Shown piece after piece: positions 26,262-33,517 of a stretch of 36,099 bases of DNA. Each line of letters starts with the position of its first letter. Position 1 is the first letter of the stretch. The position numbers and the translations under genes were made by a program. The DNA is taken from positions 1 to 36,099 of the IMG/VR virus record IMGVR_UViG_3300038313_000049, one strand, 5' to 3'. Source of the DNA: a virus (Duplodnaviria; Caudoviricetes). The notes beneath the pieces are model-generated. The model had not been told where the DNA came from and ran no database searches. It saw only the letters and a list, made by a program, of their open reading frames with translations.

Positions 26262-27434
26262 TTATTTTTCCTCCTGAAATGCGTCTTTCGCGCTGATTTG
26301 ATTAGTTATTGCCTGCCGTTTATCTGTTTCTTTTACCAAAGCAGGCTTGCCCGGATTCTTCACAACCATATCTCCGACCATCTCGCCAAATTCTTTCTTT
26401 CCTACAGTCTTCTCCACCTGGGCGAGTGTAAGGGATTTACGCTCCCAAAGCATCGCTTCATCAATTCCACTATTTTCTAGTTTCTTAAATGCCTGATCCA
26501 TGTCTGTCCAATCCCTGGACCCTCTTCCTTCAACTGCCTTCCAGCCTTTCACTTCCTTCCCGGCGAGGCACTCCTTAAGCGCATACTCCTGCAGGTCTTT
26601 CTGGTACTTAACCACGTCCACAAGTCTCTGCAGCCGTTCGCCGACCTCTTCATTTGTAATCAGAGGTGGCAGTTCTCCGCCAAAAGCCTGCCTGACATTG
26701 TAGTCCGATCGCGCCCGGCACTGCTGCCTTGCCCGGCAGAACCGGCACTGGCTCTCGCCGGGGTTAAATTCTCCTCTTCCTTCGGTGGCTATGGCCGCCT
26801 GCCTCTTAACAAAATCCCCGAACTCAAGTAATTTCTCAAGTGGAATGGAAAAATCTGAGTTTCCATTGGTCAGTCGAGGCTGCACAATGGACATCCGGAT
26901 TTCCTTGATCGGGTACAGCATCCGGTATGTACCATAAGCGCCGAGTGCGTAGAGCATCATCTGTGGATTCTGTTCTGCGGACACCGGGACGCCCTTTCCA
27001 TACTTAAAATCAATCACATGCAGGATATTGCTGCTGATCAGAATGCAGTCGGCCGTTCCGAAGCCATCCGGAACCCACTCCTTGAAATCGACCCTCCTCT
27101 CAAGAGCTGCATATGGGAGGTCATCAAATGCCAGGGCAATGTTCTTCACATAATCAAGATAATCGTCCGTATAGTTAAGCATTTCGTCATTCCAGAGCTC
27201 CTGTGTTTTCAGCTTCTTGATCGCGTTGTTCAGCTTTCTTTTGCCGAAGTCAACCGTGTAAAAATAACTCCGGAGCTTTAGTTCCGCCAGCTCATGCGCC
27301 AGCGTCCCCTCCTTGGCTGCATCCGAAGTGGTATCTGGGAACTGCTCCTCCAGCCTTGCGCTTGGCGTACAAACAAGCCACCGGTGCGCACTGGATGCGC
27401 TGAGCAGCGCATGTGCTCTGTTTTCGTGTCTCAT
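26262..27434 (-). CDS. DUF2800 Cas4-like PD-(D/E)xK nuclease
   Basis: HALLSASSAHRWLVC, GFGTADC, VIDFKYGKG, QMMLYA, CRFCRARQQC. Confidence 0.88.
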   Translation of the reverse strand: MRHENRAHALLSASSAHRWLVCTPSARLEEQFPDTTSDAAKEGTLAHELAELKLRSYFYTVDFGKRKLNNAIKKLKTQELWNDEMLNYTDDYLDYVKNIALAFDDLPYAALERRVDFKEWVPDGFGTADCILISSNILHVIDFKYGKGVPVSAEQNPQMMLYALGAYGTYRMLYPIKEIRMSIVQPRLTNGNSDFSIPLEKLLEFGDFVKRQAAIATEGRGEFNPGESQCRFCRARQQCRARSDYNVRQAFGGELPPLITNEEVGERLQRLVDVVKYQKDLQEYALKECLAGKEVKGWKAVEGRGSRDWTDMDQAFKKLENSGIDEAMLWERKSLTLAQVEKTVGKKEFGEMVGDMVVKNPGKPALVKETDKRQAITNQISAKDAFQEEK

Positions 27435-27877
27435 TAGATCTGCGCCCCCATTTCCCTAAGTTTTGTAGCAAAGGCTCCATATTGCTCTGCCGGAAGCTCC
27501 GGAAGGGAGGCCACCCCGAAAGTGCCCAGTAGTTGCTGCAGATCCGCCTGTCTGCCCGCATCCATAAGAGTCATGGCTGCCTTGGCCAGATCGTCCAACT
27601 TGTAGCTGATCGTCGATGTTGGGACTTCCTGTTTTGGTGGATCCTGCTTCTGCACAGGCTCTTTTAGCGGATCTTGCTTTGGGGTCTCTTCCCTCTGTGT
27701 CTTCGCCTGCGGCTGTATCTGAGCCTGGGGTTCTACATTCTTCGGTTGTACCTGATCCTGTGCTATCTGCTGTCCATCTACCATAACTGGTATGTTTACG
27801 GTTTTTGAGGCCGCCAGTGCGTTGATTGCTCCTGCGAGTTCTGTCAATCCCGGGATATTAATTGTTACTTCCATCAT
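27434..27877 (-). CDS. Hypothetical replication-module protein
   Basis: GGAGG RBS before ATG 27877; Gln/Pro/Lys linker; C-terminal LLGTFGVASLPELPAEQY typical of the gene preceding DUF2800. Confidence 0.7.
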   Translation of the reverse strand: MMEVTINIPGLTELAGAINALAASKTVNIPVMVDGQQIAQDQVQPKNVEPQAQIQPQAKTQREETPKQDPLKEPVQKQDPPKQEVPTSTISYKLDDLAKAAMTLMDAGRQADLQQLLGTFGVASLPELPAEQYGAFATKLREMGAQI

Positions 27878-28358
27878 TGTTTTTTCCTCCATTTATATAC
27901 TTGATCTTTTTTATATACTTACTTACAGTTGCCGGACTGATATCCATCTCCTCCGCGATCTCTTTGCCTGACCACCCTGCATTGTGCAGTGCCATGATCT
28001 TTCATTTATCGATCTTTTTTCTCTTAGTCTTAGATTCGGGCTTTCTAGTCTTTGGCTTAGTCATAGGCTCAGTGAGGTCTGCCGCCGGAGGACTCTTAAT
28101 CAACTTTACGGTTTCACCCTCTCGTCCACCAGGCACCGGTACCTCTTCAAATTTCTCGTTTCCAGCATCAACCGGTACGGCTTTGTCTTTCTCCCATGCC
28201 TCCGAGTCATCCACGAAAAAGGACATTCCATCGTTCGCTTGGTCTCTTAAAAACTCAATAGAGATATCGTGTGCTGTATCAAGCCTGCCCATGTAGATGT
28301 TTGTCCTGCCGGCAAAAGCCATAAGCTCGATGGCCTCCTGATAACTAATCTGCTTCAT
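27858..28358 (-). pseudogene. HTH protein interrupted by an in-frame TGA at 28002-28004
   Basis: MKQISYQEA...KKIDK*KIMALHNAGWSGKEIAEEMDISPATVSKYIKK: the HTH continues in frame for 47 codons after the stop. Confidence 0.7.
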
Positions 28359-28617
28359 GGGTCTCCTCCATTTCACTTGCGTCAAAGCAGATGCAATGGT
28401 TGATAAGATGCTGTATCAATTCTTTCTCGTCCTCATCCATTTTCTGCTCCATGGCCAGCGCCAATATCTTCATCGCAGCTACAATGAGTGCTCCGTCTAA
28501 CACTGGCGTGCTGTTAATAATACTCTGAAGTCTGCGAACATAGTGATTAAGCCCATCCTGGATGCCTATTGCGGTGTTGTCTGCCTCTAAGGCTTCTTTT
28601 AAATACGATTTTGACAT
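28345..28617 (-). CDS. Hypothetical protein (90 aa)
   Basis: AGGAG RBS; co-oriented within the early operon. Confidence 0.65.
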   Translation of the reverse strand: MSKSYLKEALEADNTAIGIQDGLNHYVRRLQSIINSTPVLDGALIVAAMKILALAMEQKMDEDEKELIQHLINHCICFDASEMEETHEAD

Positions 28618-28706
28618 TTACAAACTCTCCTAACTCCTTTATAATAGAGGTGATATATTGTTTACTTGCTACTTGCCCTAGGAGTTGCCGCTCTCAGGGC
28701 TTTTTT
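28617..28706 (+). ncRNA. Putative antisense sRNA unit (promoter plus terminator)
   Basis: TTTACA-17 bp-TATAAT (28617-28645), then hairpin GCCCTAGGAG...CTCTCAGGGC with TTTTTT (28675-28706). Confidence 0.55.
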
Positions 28707-28830
28707 CTTCGATATCACACAGTGCGTGATAGATAGCCACCTGCCAACCGTCTTCCTCTTCCGGCTGTATCGCATATACCCTGGTATTGATGGACTCCAT
28801 GATTACTGCGATTTTCTCTTTAATGGTCAC
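28678..28830 (-). CDS. Hypothetical protein (50 aa)
   Basis: Not in the ORF track. AAGGAG RBS, GTG start: MTIKEKIAVIMESINTRVYAIQPEEEDGWQVAIYHALCDIEEKSPESGNS. Confidence 0.55.
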   Translation of the reverse strand: MTIKEKIAVIMESINTRVYAIQPEEEDGWQVAIYHALCDIEEKSPESGNS

Positions 28831-29017
28831 GTTCTCTCCTTTCCTCGATTACTGCTAGCGCCCCAAAATACAGCCCAAAGTACGTAAGCAGCATCCAAAA
28901 AAATACGTCTAGCACCTCCACGCCGGCATACAGCAGCGATACCATCAACAATAATGCTGCGGCGCCGGATAGGACTGTTGCTTTAAGGTGTAGGATTATC
29001 TGCTTCATCTTGTCCAT
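28820..29017 (-). CDS. Small two-TM membrane protein
   Basis: Two hydrophobic stretches; AAAGGAG RBS. Confidence 0.6.
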   Translation of the reverse strand: MDKMKQIILHLKATVLSGAAALLLMVSLLYAGVEVLDVFFWMLLTYFGLYFGALAVIEERRERDH

Positions 29018-29183
29018 CTCCTTTGTTCAGATATTCTACGAACTTCTCCATGTTGATATAGTACTTTTTACCAGACTTGCAGTACACAATCTTATTCTGC
29101 AAGCACATCTTCCGAATCCGGTCATAGCTGATGCCGGTTGCGTTGCTTGCCTCCCGGATGGTCTTCATTGTCGGGATTGTCAT
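28983..29183 (-). CDS. Excisionase-like winged HTH protein (candidate recombination directionality factor)
   Basis: TIREASNATGISYDRIRKMC...SGKKYYIN; AAGGAGGTG RBS before ATG 29183. Confidence 0.75.
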   Translation of the reverse strand: MTIPTMKTIREASNATGISYDRIRKMCLQNKIVYCKSGKKYYINMEKFVEYLNKGDGQDEADNPTP

Positions 29184-29227
29184 GGCTCTCACACCTCCTT
29201 CTCCTTTTATAGTTCTTGTAAATATCC

Positions 29228-29256
29228 TTGTATTAATTCCACCGCTATGATAAAAT
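29228..29256 (+). promoter_or_regulatory. Putative sigmaA promoter (antisense to the early operon)
   Basis: TTGTAT-17 bp-TAAAAT with extended TG. Confidence 0.6.
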
Positions 29257-29290
29257 TCTTTCATCAAACATATATATGGGGGTACTTTTT

Positions 29291-29404
29291 ATGAATGTAT
29301 TTATTGCTCTTGTTTCTTGCTTACTTTCTACGATATCTGTATCCATACTTGCAGTTGGCGGTAAAAGCCATCAAGAAACTTCCATCCCAGACAATTACCG
29401 GTAA
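29291..29404 (+). CDS. Small hydrophobic peptide (37 aa)
   Basis: MNVFIALVSCLLSTISVSILAVGGKSHQETSIPDNYR; GGGGG RBS-like run and promoter upstream. Confidence 0.45.
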   Translation: MNVFIALVSCLLSTISVSILAVGGKSHQETSIPDNYR

Positions 29405-29670
29405 TTGTAACCCACGTTGTATTTCTTCTTTTTATACTTGACGTCAGCCCCGCAATATGGGCATTTTCCAGTTTTGGGTTTTATAATTATGTACCTTCGA
29501 AAATGTCCATAGTTGCATTTAGGGCAAACCGCCTTTACTGATCTGTGAGTCTTGTACCTTTTTTTTCGGGCTCTATCTTCTTTGAAATTCCCTGCTGTCA
29601 TCTGAATTATTGAAATCAATATGAATACCTGCATTACCAAAGTCCAAATTTGAATAATAATAAGAGTCAT
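29395..29670 (-). CDS. Membrane-anchored zinc-ribbon protein
   Basis: N-terminal TM segment; CPKC...CPYC; AAGGAGGTG RBS. Confidence 0.6.
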   Translation of the reverse strand: MTLIIIQIWTLVMQVFILISIIQMTAGNFKEDRARKKRYKTHRSVKAVCPKCNYGHFRRYIIIKPKTGKCPYCGADVKYKKKKYNVGYNYR

Positions 29671-29673
29671 CTC

Positions 29674-29889
29674 TCACACCTCCTTTTCTGGCTCATAGCC
29701 TATTGTTATGCTGATTCCTAGTGCTTTAAAAATCTTATCTGCACTCTCAATTGACATTACCTTTTGCTTTGCCTCCCAGTAATCAATCGCTCTTGTAGTA
29801 ACCCCCGCCTTTTCAGCCAGCTGCTTAATTGTAAGTCCTTGATTCGTCCTTTCTCTTCTTAGAATTTCAGATAATTCATATTTATCCAT
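29674..29889 (-). CDS. XRE-family HTH regulator
   Basis: LRRERTNQGLTIKQLAEKAGVTTRAIDYWE. Confidence 0.85.
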   Translation of the reverse strand: MDKYELSEILRRERTNQGLTIKQLAEKAGVTTRAIDYWEAKQKVMSIESADKIFKALGISITIGYEPEKEV

Positions 29890-29917
29890 TGATTTCCTCC
29901 TATCTATGTGATACTAT
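29889..29917 (+). promoter_or_regulatory. Putative sigmaA promoter for the plus-strand gene at 30003
   Basis: TTGATT-17 bp-TACTAT with extended TG. Confidence 0.55.
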
Positions 29918-30002
29918 ATATTGTATAGCGAACGCATATTCGCACAATATCATGTATTATCGACCGATGTTCCAGCACCAGTCGAAGAAAGGAGGCGTGG
30001 CT

Positions 30003-30206
30003 ATGTTTGAAAACGATGTAAGAAGTATCGTCTCAAAAAGTATTACAGCCCATTCAAAAGGCGACACTATTTCAAAATCCGAACTTGAAGATATCTTGAC
30101 GGACGTCCTTTACAGATTCGGAAATTCCACGGAACTTAGTCGGGTCGTTGGAAAGAAAATAGCTGATGAACAAAAACTAAAACGGCGGATACAAGGGCTA
30201 CGGTAA
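30003..30206 (+). CDS. Hypothetical protein (67 aa), antisense to the early operon
   Basis: AAGGAGG RBS; MFENDVRSIVSKSI...; own promoter; plus-strand hairpin with T run near 30413-30437. Confidence 0.65.
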   Translation: MFENDVRSIVSKSITAHSKGDTISKSELEDILTDVLYRFGNSTELSRVVGKKIADEQKLKRRIQGLR

Positions 30207-30390
30207 TGAATTTGTAGGCGCTTTTCGAAGCGTCTACTTTTTTATTTAGTTCTTCGAAATTACTTTCCACCCAGATATCGTCAATATCTTTTTCTAAGTC
30301 CTCATTGATGATTACTTTTTCAGTTGCTAGATCGTAATACTTTGACTTTCTCTCAAGTTCTTTTAAACGCTGCTCAAATTTATTCTTCAC
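30136..30390 (-). CDS. Hypothetical protein with C-terminal hydrophobic segment
   Basis: GGAGG RBS, GTG start; overlaps the convergent plus-strand gene. Confidence 0.5.
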   Translation of the reverse strand: MKNKFEQRLKELERKSKYYDLATEKVIINEDLEKDIDDIWVESNFEELNKKVDASKSAYKFITVALVSAVLVFVHQLFSFQRPD

Positions 30391-30435
30391 TTATCCTCCT
30401 CTTCCACAGAAACCACTGTCTTAGGATGGTGGCTT

Positions 30436-30555
30436 TTATATTTCAATTCTTTTCTCTGAAAAGCAAAAGCATTTCCCCAAAATATTGAACTGTAGCCAAG
30501 ATTCTGCATATTGTTTTCCATTTTCTCTATGTTTCGTTATAAAATGTCTTAACAT
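30436..30555 (-). CDS. Small phage protein (39 aa)
   Basis: Not in the ORF track. AGGAGGTG RBS; MLRHFITKHRENGKQYAESWLQFNILGKCFCFSEKRIEI. Confidence 0.6.
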   Translation of the reverse strand: MLRHFITKHRENGKQYAESWLQFNILGKCFCFSEKRIEI

Positions 30556-30605
30556 CTCTTGCACCTCCTTTCCTGTCCTTTTTATCGGACAGCTATTGTG
30601 TTATT

Positions 30606-30797
30606 CTAAGAAATATTCGATTGTTTTCTTGTAGTTCGATTATTTTCCTCGAACACTTTAAGGTCTTCCTCAGAGACTCTGTAATCCCTTCCAATCTTTA
30701 TTGCAGACAGTTTCTCTTTGCGAATCCAATCCCATACAGTAATAACCTTCACGCCGTAACGCTGGGCTACATCCGCGCAAGTGTACATTTTAGACAA
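30606..30797 (-). CDS. First early gene: Xis/MerR-like winged HTH in the Cro position
   Basis: YTCADVAQRYGVKVITVWDWIRKEKLSAIKIGRDYRV; AAGGAGGTG RBS. Confidence 0.85.
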   Translation of the reverse strand: MSKMYTCADVAQRYGVKVITVWDWIRKEKLSAIKIGRDYRVSEEDLKVFEENNRTTRKQSNIS

Positions 30798-30829
30798 AAC
30801 TACACCTCCTTTTTATTATAAATTTATAC

Positions 30830-30858
30830 TTGTGTTTGGTTCGGTTTAGTGATATAGT
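30830..30858 (+). promoter_or_regulatory. Lysogenic (repressor) promoter
   Basis: TTGTGT-17 bp-TATAGT with extended TG. Confidence 0.6.
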
Positions 30859-30914
30859 ATGTTTGTCGAACGAACTATATTATTCAGCCGAATTACTTCT
30901 TGATTAAGAGCTGT

Positions 30915-30997
30915 TATCTCGTTTAACCAAGCTATGAGCATACTATAGCACGTTATACCGAGTTAGTCAATAGCTTTTATCTCGTTTTGCAGAAATA
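30915..30997. promoter_or_regulatory. Three candidate 20-bp repressor operators
   Basis: TATCTCGTTTAACCAAGCTA (30915), TAGCACGTTATACCGAGTTA (30946), TATCTCGTTTTGCAGAAATA (30978): imperfect inverted repeats spaced 31-32 bp. Confidence 0.55.
30942..30970 (-). promoter_or_regulatory. Early lytic promoter
   Basis: TTGACT-17 bp-TATAGT with extended TG on the minus strand. Confidence 0.75.
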
Positions 30998-31015
30998 ATT
31001 TTAGAAGGGAGCATT

Positions 31016-31438
31016 ATGTACGAGATATTTGAGAAATTACTAAAAGAAAAGGGGATAACTGCATATAGATTTTGCAAGGATACAGGGGTAAGCTCATCAA
31101 CGATCAGCACATGGAAAAAGAAAGATTCTAAATGTGGAACTGAACTTGCTGAAATTATCGCTGACTATTTTGGGGTAACGATCGACTATGTATTGACTGG
31201 AAAAGAAACTGATAAAAAAGAACTAGTGCTTACGCCGAAAGACGAAAGAGATATTAAAAAGAAACTGGATGTTATAATGAAAGATATCAAAGACCAGAAT
31301 GACGGGCCGTTGTATTATAATGGTGAGGAGGTAGATCCGATGTCTTTGTCTTTACTGGAAAATGCTCTGGAATCTGCTATGAAGCAGCTAAAAATAATTA
31401 ACAAGGAGAAGTATAATCCTAATAAGAATAAAAAGTGA
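31016..31438 (+). CDS. Prophage repressor (XRE HTH, ImmR-like)
   Basis: GITAYRFCKDTGVSSSTISTWK...IADYFGVTIDYVLTG; no peptidase domain; adjacent ImmA-type gene. Confidence 0.88.
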   Translation: MYEIFEKLLKEKGITAYRFCKDTGVSSSTISTWKKKDSKCGTELAEIIADYFGVTIDYVLTGKETDKKELVLTPKDERDIKKKLDVIMKDIKDQNDGPLYYNGEEVDPMSLSLLENALESAMKQLKIINKEKYNPNKNKK

Positions 31439-31884
31439 CAGGGGTGACTTTGTTGGGCAAAAGAATTAAAAGACTTATAATGTATTATTTGAAGCATTTT
31501 GAAACTAATGACCCATTCAAAATTGCTGAAATATTGGGGATTAAAGTGTTCTTTGAGCCGCTGGGAAAATACTCTGGAATGTATAAGTATCTGGCGCACA
31601 CCAGATGTATTTTTCTGAATTCGGGCATTGAAGACGAAGTGTTTTTAAGTGTTGTAATGGCCCATGAGCTTGGACATGCTGTCCTGCACTGGAAAGAAAA
31701 CTGCTGCTTTATGGCGCACCATACCTTAATGTTGACGAGCAAGACCGAAAGACAAGCAAATTGGTTCGCAGCATATCTTTTAATCACGCAGGACATGTTG
31801 AATGATTTCGCCGGGTGCACCAAAGACCAGTTTTGCAGATGTACCGGATATCCAATGGAACTTATTGACCTAAGATTAAAATAA
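31435..31884 (+). CDS. ImmA/IrrE-family metallopeptidase (anti-repressor protease)
   Basis: TNDPFKIA, AHELGHAVLH, ERQANWFAAYLL. Confidence 0.9.
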   Translation: MTGVTLLGKRIKRLIMYYLKHFETNDPFKIAEILGIKVFFEPLGKYSGMYKYLAHTRCIFLNSGIEDEVFLSVVMAHELGHAVLHWKENCCFMAHHTLMLTSKTERQANWFAAYLLITQDMLNDFAGCTKDQFCRCTGYPMELIDLRLK

Positions 31885-31899
31885 AAAGGAGGAAGCTCA

Positions 31900-32535
31900 A
31901 TGAAGAAGAAATTATTAATATCTGGACGCATAATACTTTTGGGAATAATGCTTGGTGGATGTGGCAAAAGATCAGATACCGGAAAAGAAGTGGAGATTGA
32001 GAAATTGCCAGCCAATATGGAATTAAACAAATCCACTATACAATTAAATGGCGTAAATTTATATCAATCTTTTCGGGATAACGAATGGAATATCTACGGG
32101 ACAATTTCTATCAATATTAGGGGTCTAAACGAAACCGAAAAACATTGGATAGATAAAGATAAGACGGAAACTACATATAACGGCACCGTCATCAATCCAG
32201 ACTTGTATTTGTCATGCGGCGATAATAGTATGGATTTTGAAACACTTGTTAATTATGGTTTCTCGGACATAGGTGGAAATCGAATTTATTTTTTTGGAAC
32301 AAGTGAAGGAAACAAATATGAATTTTCTGAAGCTGAACTATCAAGCAGTGTTAGAATAAAGCAAGATGATACCTATAAAGTTTCACCAGACAAAGCAGCC
32401 TTGCACAAAGAAAACCATTATTCCTACAGAATTAAATATTCGAGTGAAAACAAGATACCTGATATTACTGAGATGCCCAAAAATATACTTGAAGCATTTA
32501 ACGAGAATCTTCAAAATATTTACAATAATTTATAA
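31900..32535 (+). CDS. Lipoprotein, possible superinfection exclusion
   Basis: MKKK + hydrophobic core + LGGC lipobox; located in the lysogeny operon. Confidence 0.7.
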   Translation: MKKKLLISGRIILLGIMLGGCGKRSDTGKEVEIEKLPANMELNKSTIQLNGVNLYQSFRDNEWNIYGTISINIRGLNETEKHWIDKDKTETTYNGTVINPDLYLSCGDNSMDFETLVNYGFSDIGGNRIYFFGTSEGNKYEFSEAELSSSVRIKQDDTYKVSPDKAALHKENHYSYRIKYSSENKIPDITEMPKNILEAFNENLQNIYNNL

Positions 32536-32602
32536 ATAGATTCCGTGCCGGATAAACAACCTGACTAATATTGTAATTAAGATGAAAACAGGGGGTATTT
32601 AA

Positions 32603-33352
32603 ATGGGCTTTCTAAATTTTTTATCAAAATCAGGGAAGGGTTCCCTCAGGAAAAACTTATTTCTACAAAAATATTATTTTGATTATGAAGTAAAGCCCTA
32701 TATCTCTGATGATAGAGATATGAAGGATTGGGCTGAAAAAGTTAAGATGTTTCCAAAACAAAATATTATACAAGGGGTGACAATGACCAGGTACGATGAT
32801 GGACTCTTGCCCGGGCATGTCTACATGCTATATTGGTTGGGAAAATATGCAAACAAGAAAGTTCCGGCGTATTTTGAATATAAATATGGTATAAATTTTG
32901 AGGCTGAGAAAGACTTTCTAGCAAAGAATGGATATCTTGAAGATGCAAAACCCACAGGAAAAGGAGATGCAATGATTGAAAAACATCAATCCGTCATCGT
33001 TTCGCATTCTAAAAACTCAGGGCACAATAAAGAAATTAAAAAAGTTATGGAGGAAATCAAAAACGTACCTCCCTCTTCTGACCCTGTTAATAACAATCTG
33101 GTAGGCATGAATCTCGAAAAGGATGGGAACGTAGATGCGGCCGTATCTCTTTATGAATATAATGTCACTCACAGATTTGAGGGCAGTCATCCATATAAAC
33201 GTCTGTGTATTATATATCGTAAGCGTAAGATGTATGATGATGAAATACGGGTTGCCGATAAAGCCATTCAAAATTTAGCACAGTCGAATAGAAAAGAATA
33301 TTTTAGAAATAGAACTGTAAAGGCAACTAATTTAAAAAATAAGGCAAAATAA
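32603..33352 (+). CDS. Hypothetical protein with C-terminal TPR-like helices
   Basis: MGFLNFL amphipathic start; LEKDGNVDAAVSLYE...PYKRLCIIYRK...DEIRV. Confidence 0.7.
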   Translation: MGFLNFLSKSGKGSLRKNLFLQKYYFDYEVKPYISDDRDMKDWAEKVKMFPKQNIIQGVTMTRYDDGLLPGHVYMLYWLGKYANKKVPAYFEYKYGINFEAEKDFLAKNGYLEDAKPTGKGDAMIEKHQSVIVSHSKNSGHNKEIKKVMEEIKNVPPSSDPVNNNLVGMNLEKDGNVDAAVSLYEYNVTHRFEGSHPYKRLCIIYRKRKMYDDEIRVADKAIQNLAQSNRKEYFRNRTVKATNLKNKAK

Positions 33353-33364
33353 TCTACAATAAGC

Positions 33365-33391
33365 AAAACAAAAACCGCCCCTGCGCCAACA
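33365..33391 (-). terminator. Minus-strand terminator upstream of int
   Basis: GCCGTTCCTG-TTGGCG-CAGGGGCGGT followed by TTTTGTTTT. Confidence 0.6.
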
Positions 33392-33517
33392 GGAACGGCT
33401 TCACATAGATACTGTACAGGCGCAAGGCCGATACATATACTCAACACATATATTGTACCACAAGCCTCCCGCACCTGTACAGGTGTATTTTTTATACCCA
33501 TTTTAAAGGAGGATATT

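Noticed and set aside
26262-27434. CRISPR-Cas locus suggested by the Cas4-like protein
   Set aside because: No repeat-spacer array or other cas genes were seen; DUF2800 is a usual part of this replication module.
28002-28004. Genome-wide TGA reassignment
   Set aside because: TGA ends several clear genes at expected positions (e.g. repressor 31438, head closure 7173), and standard-code ORFs cover the genome densely.
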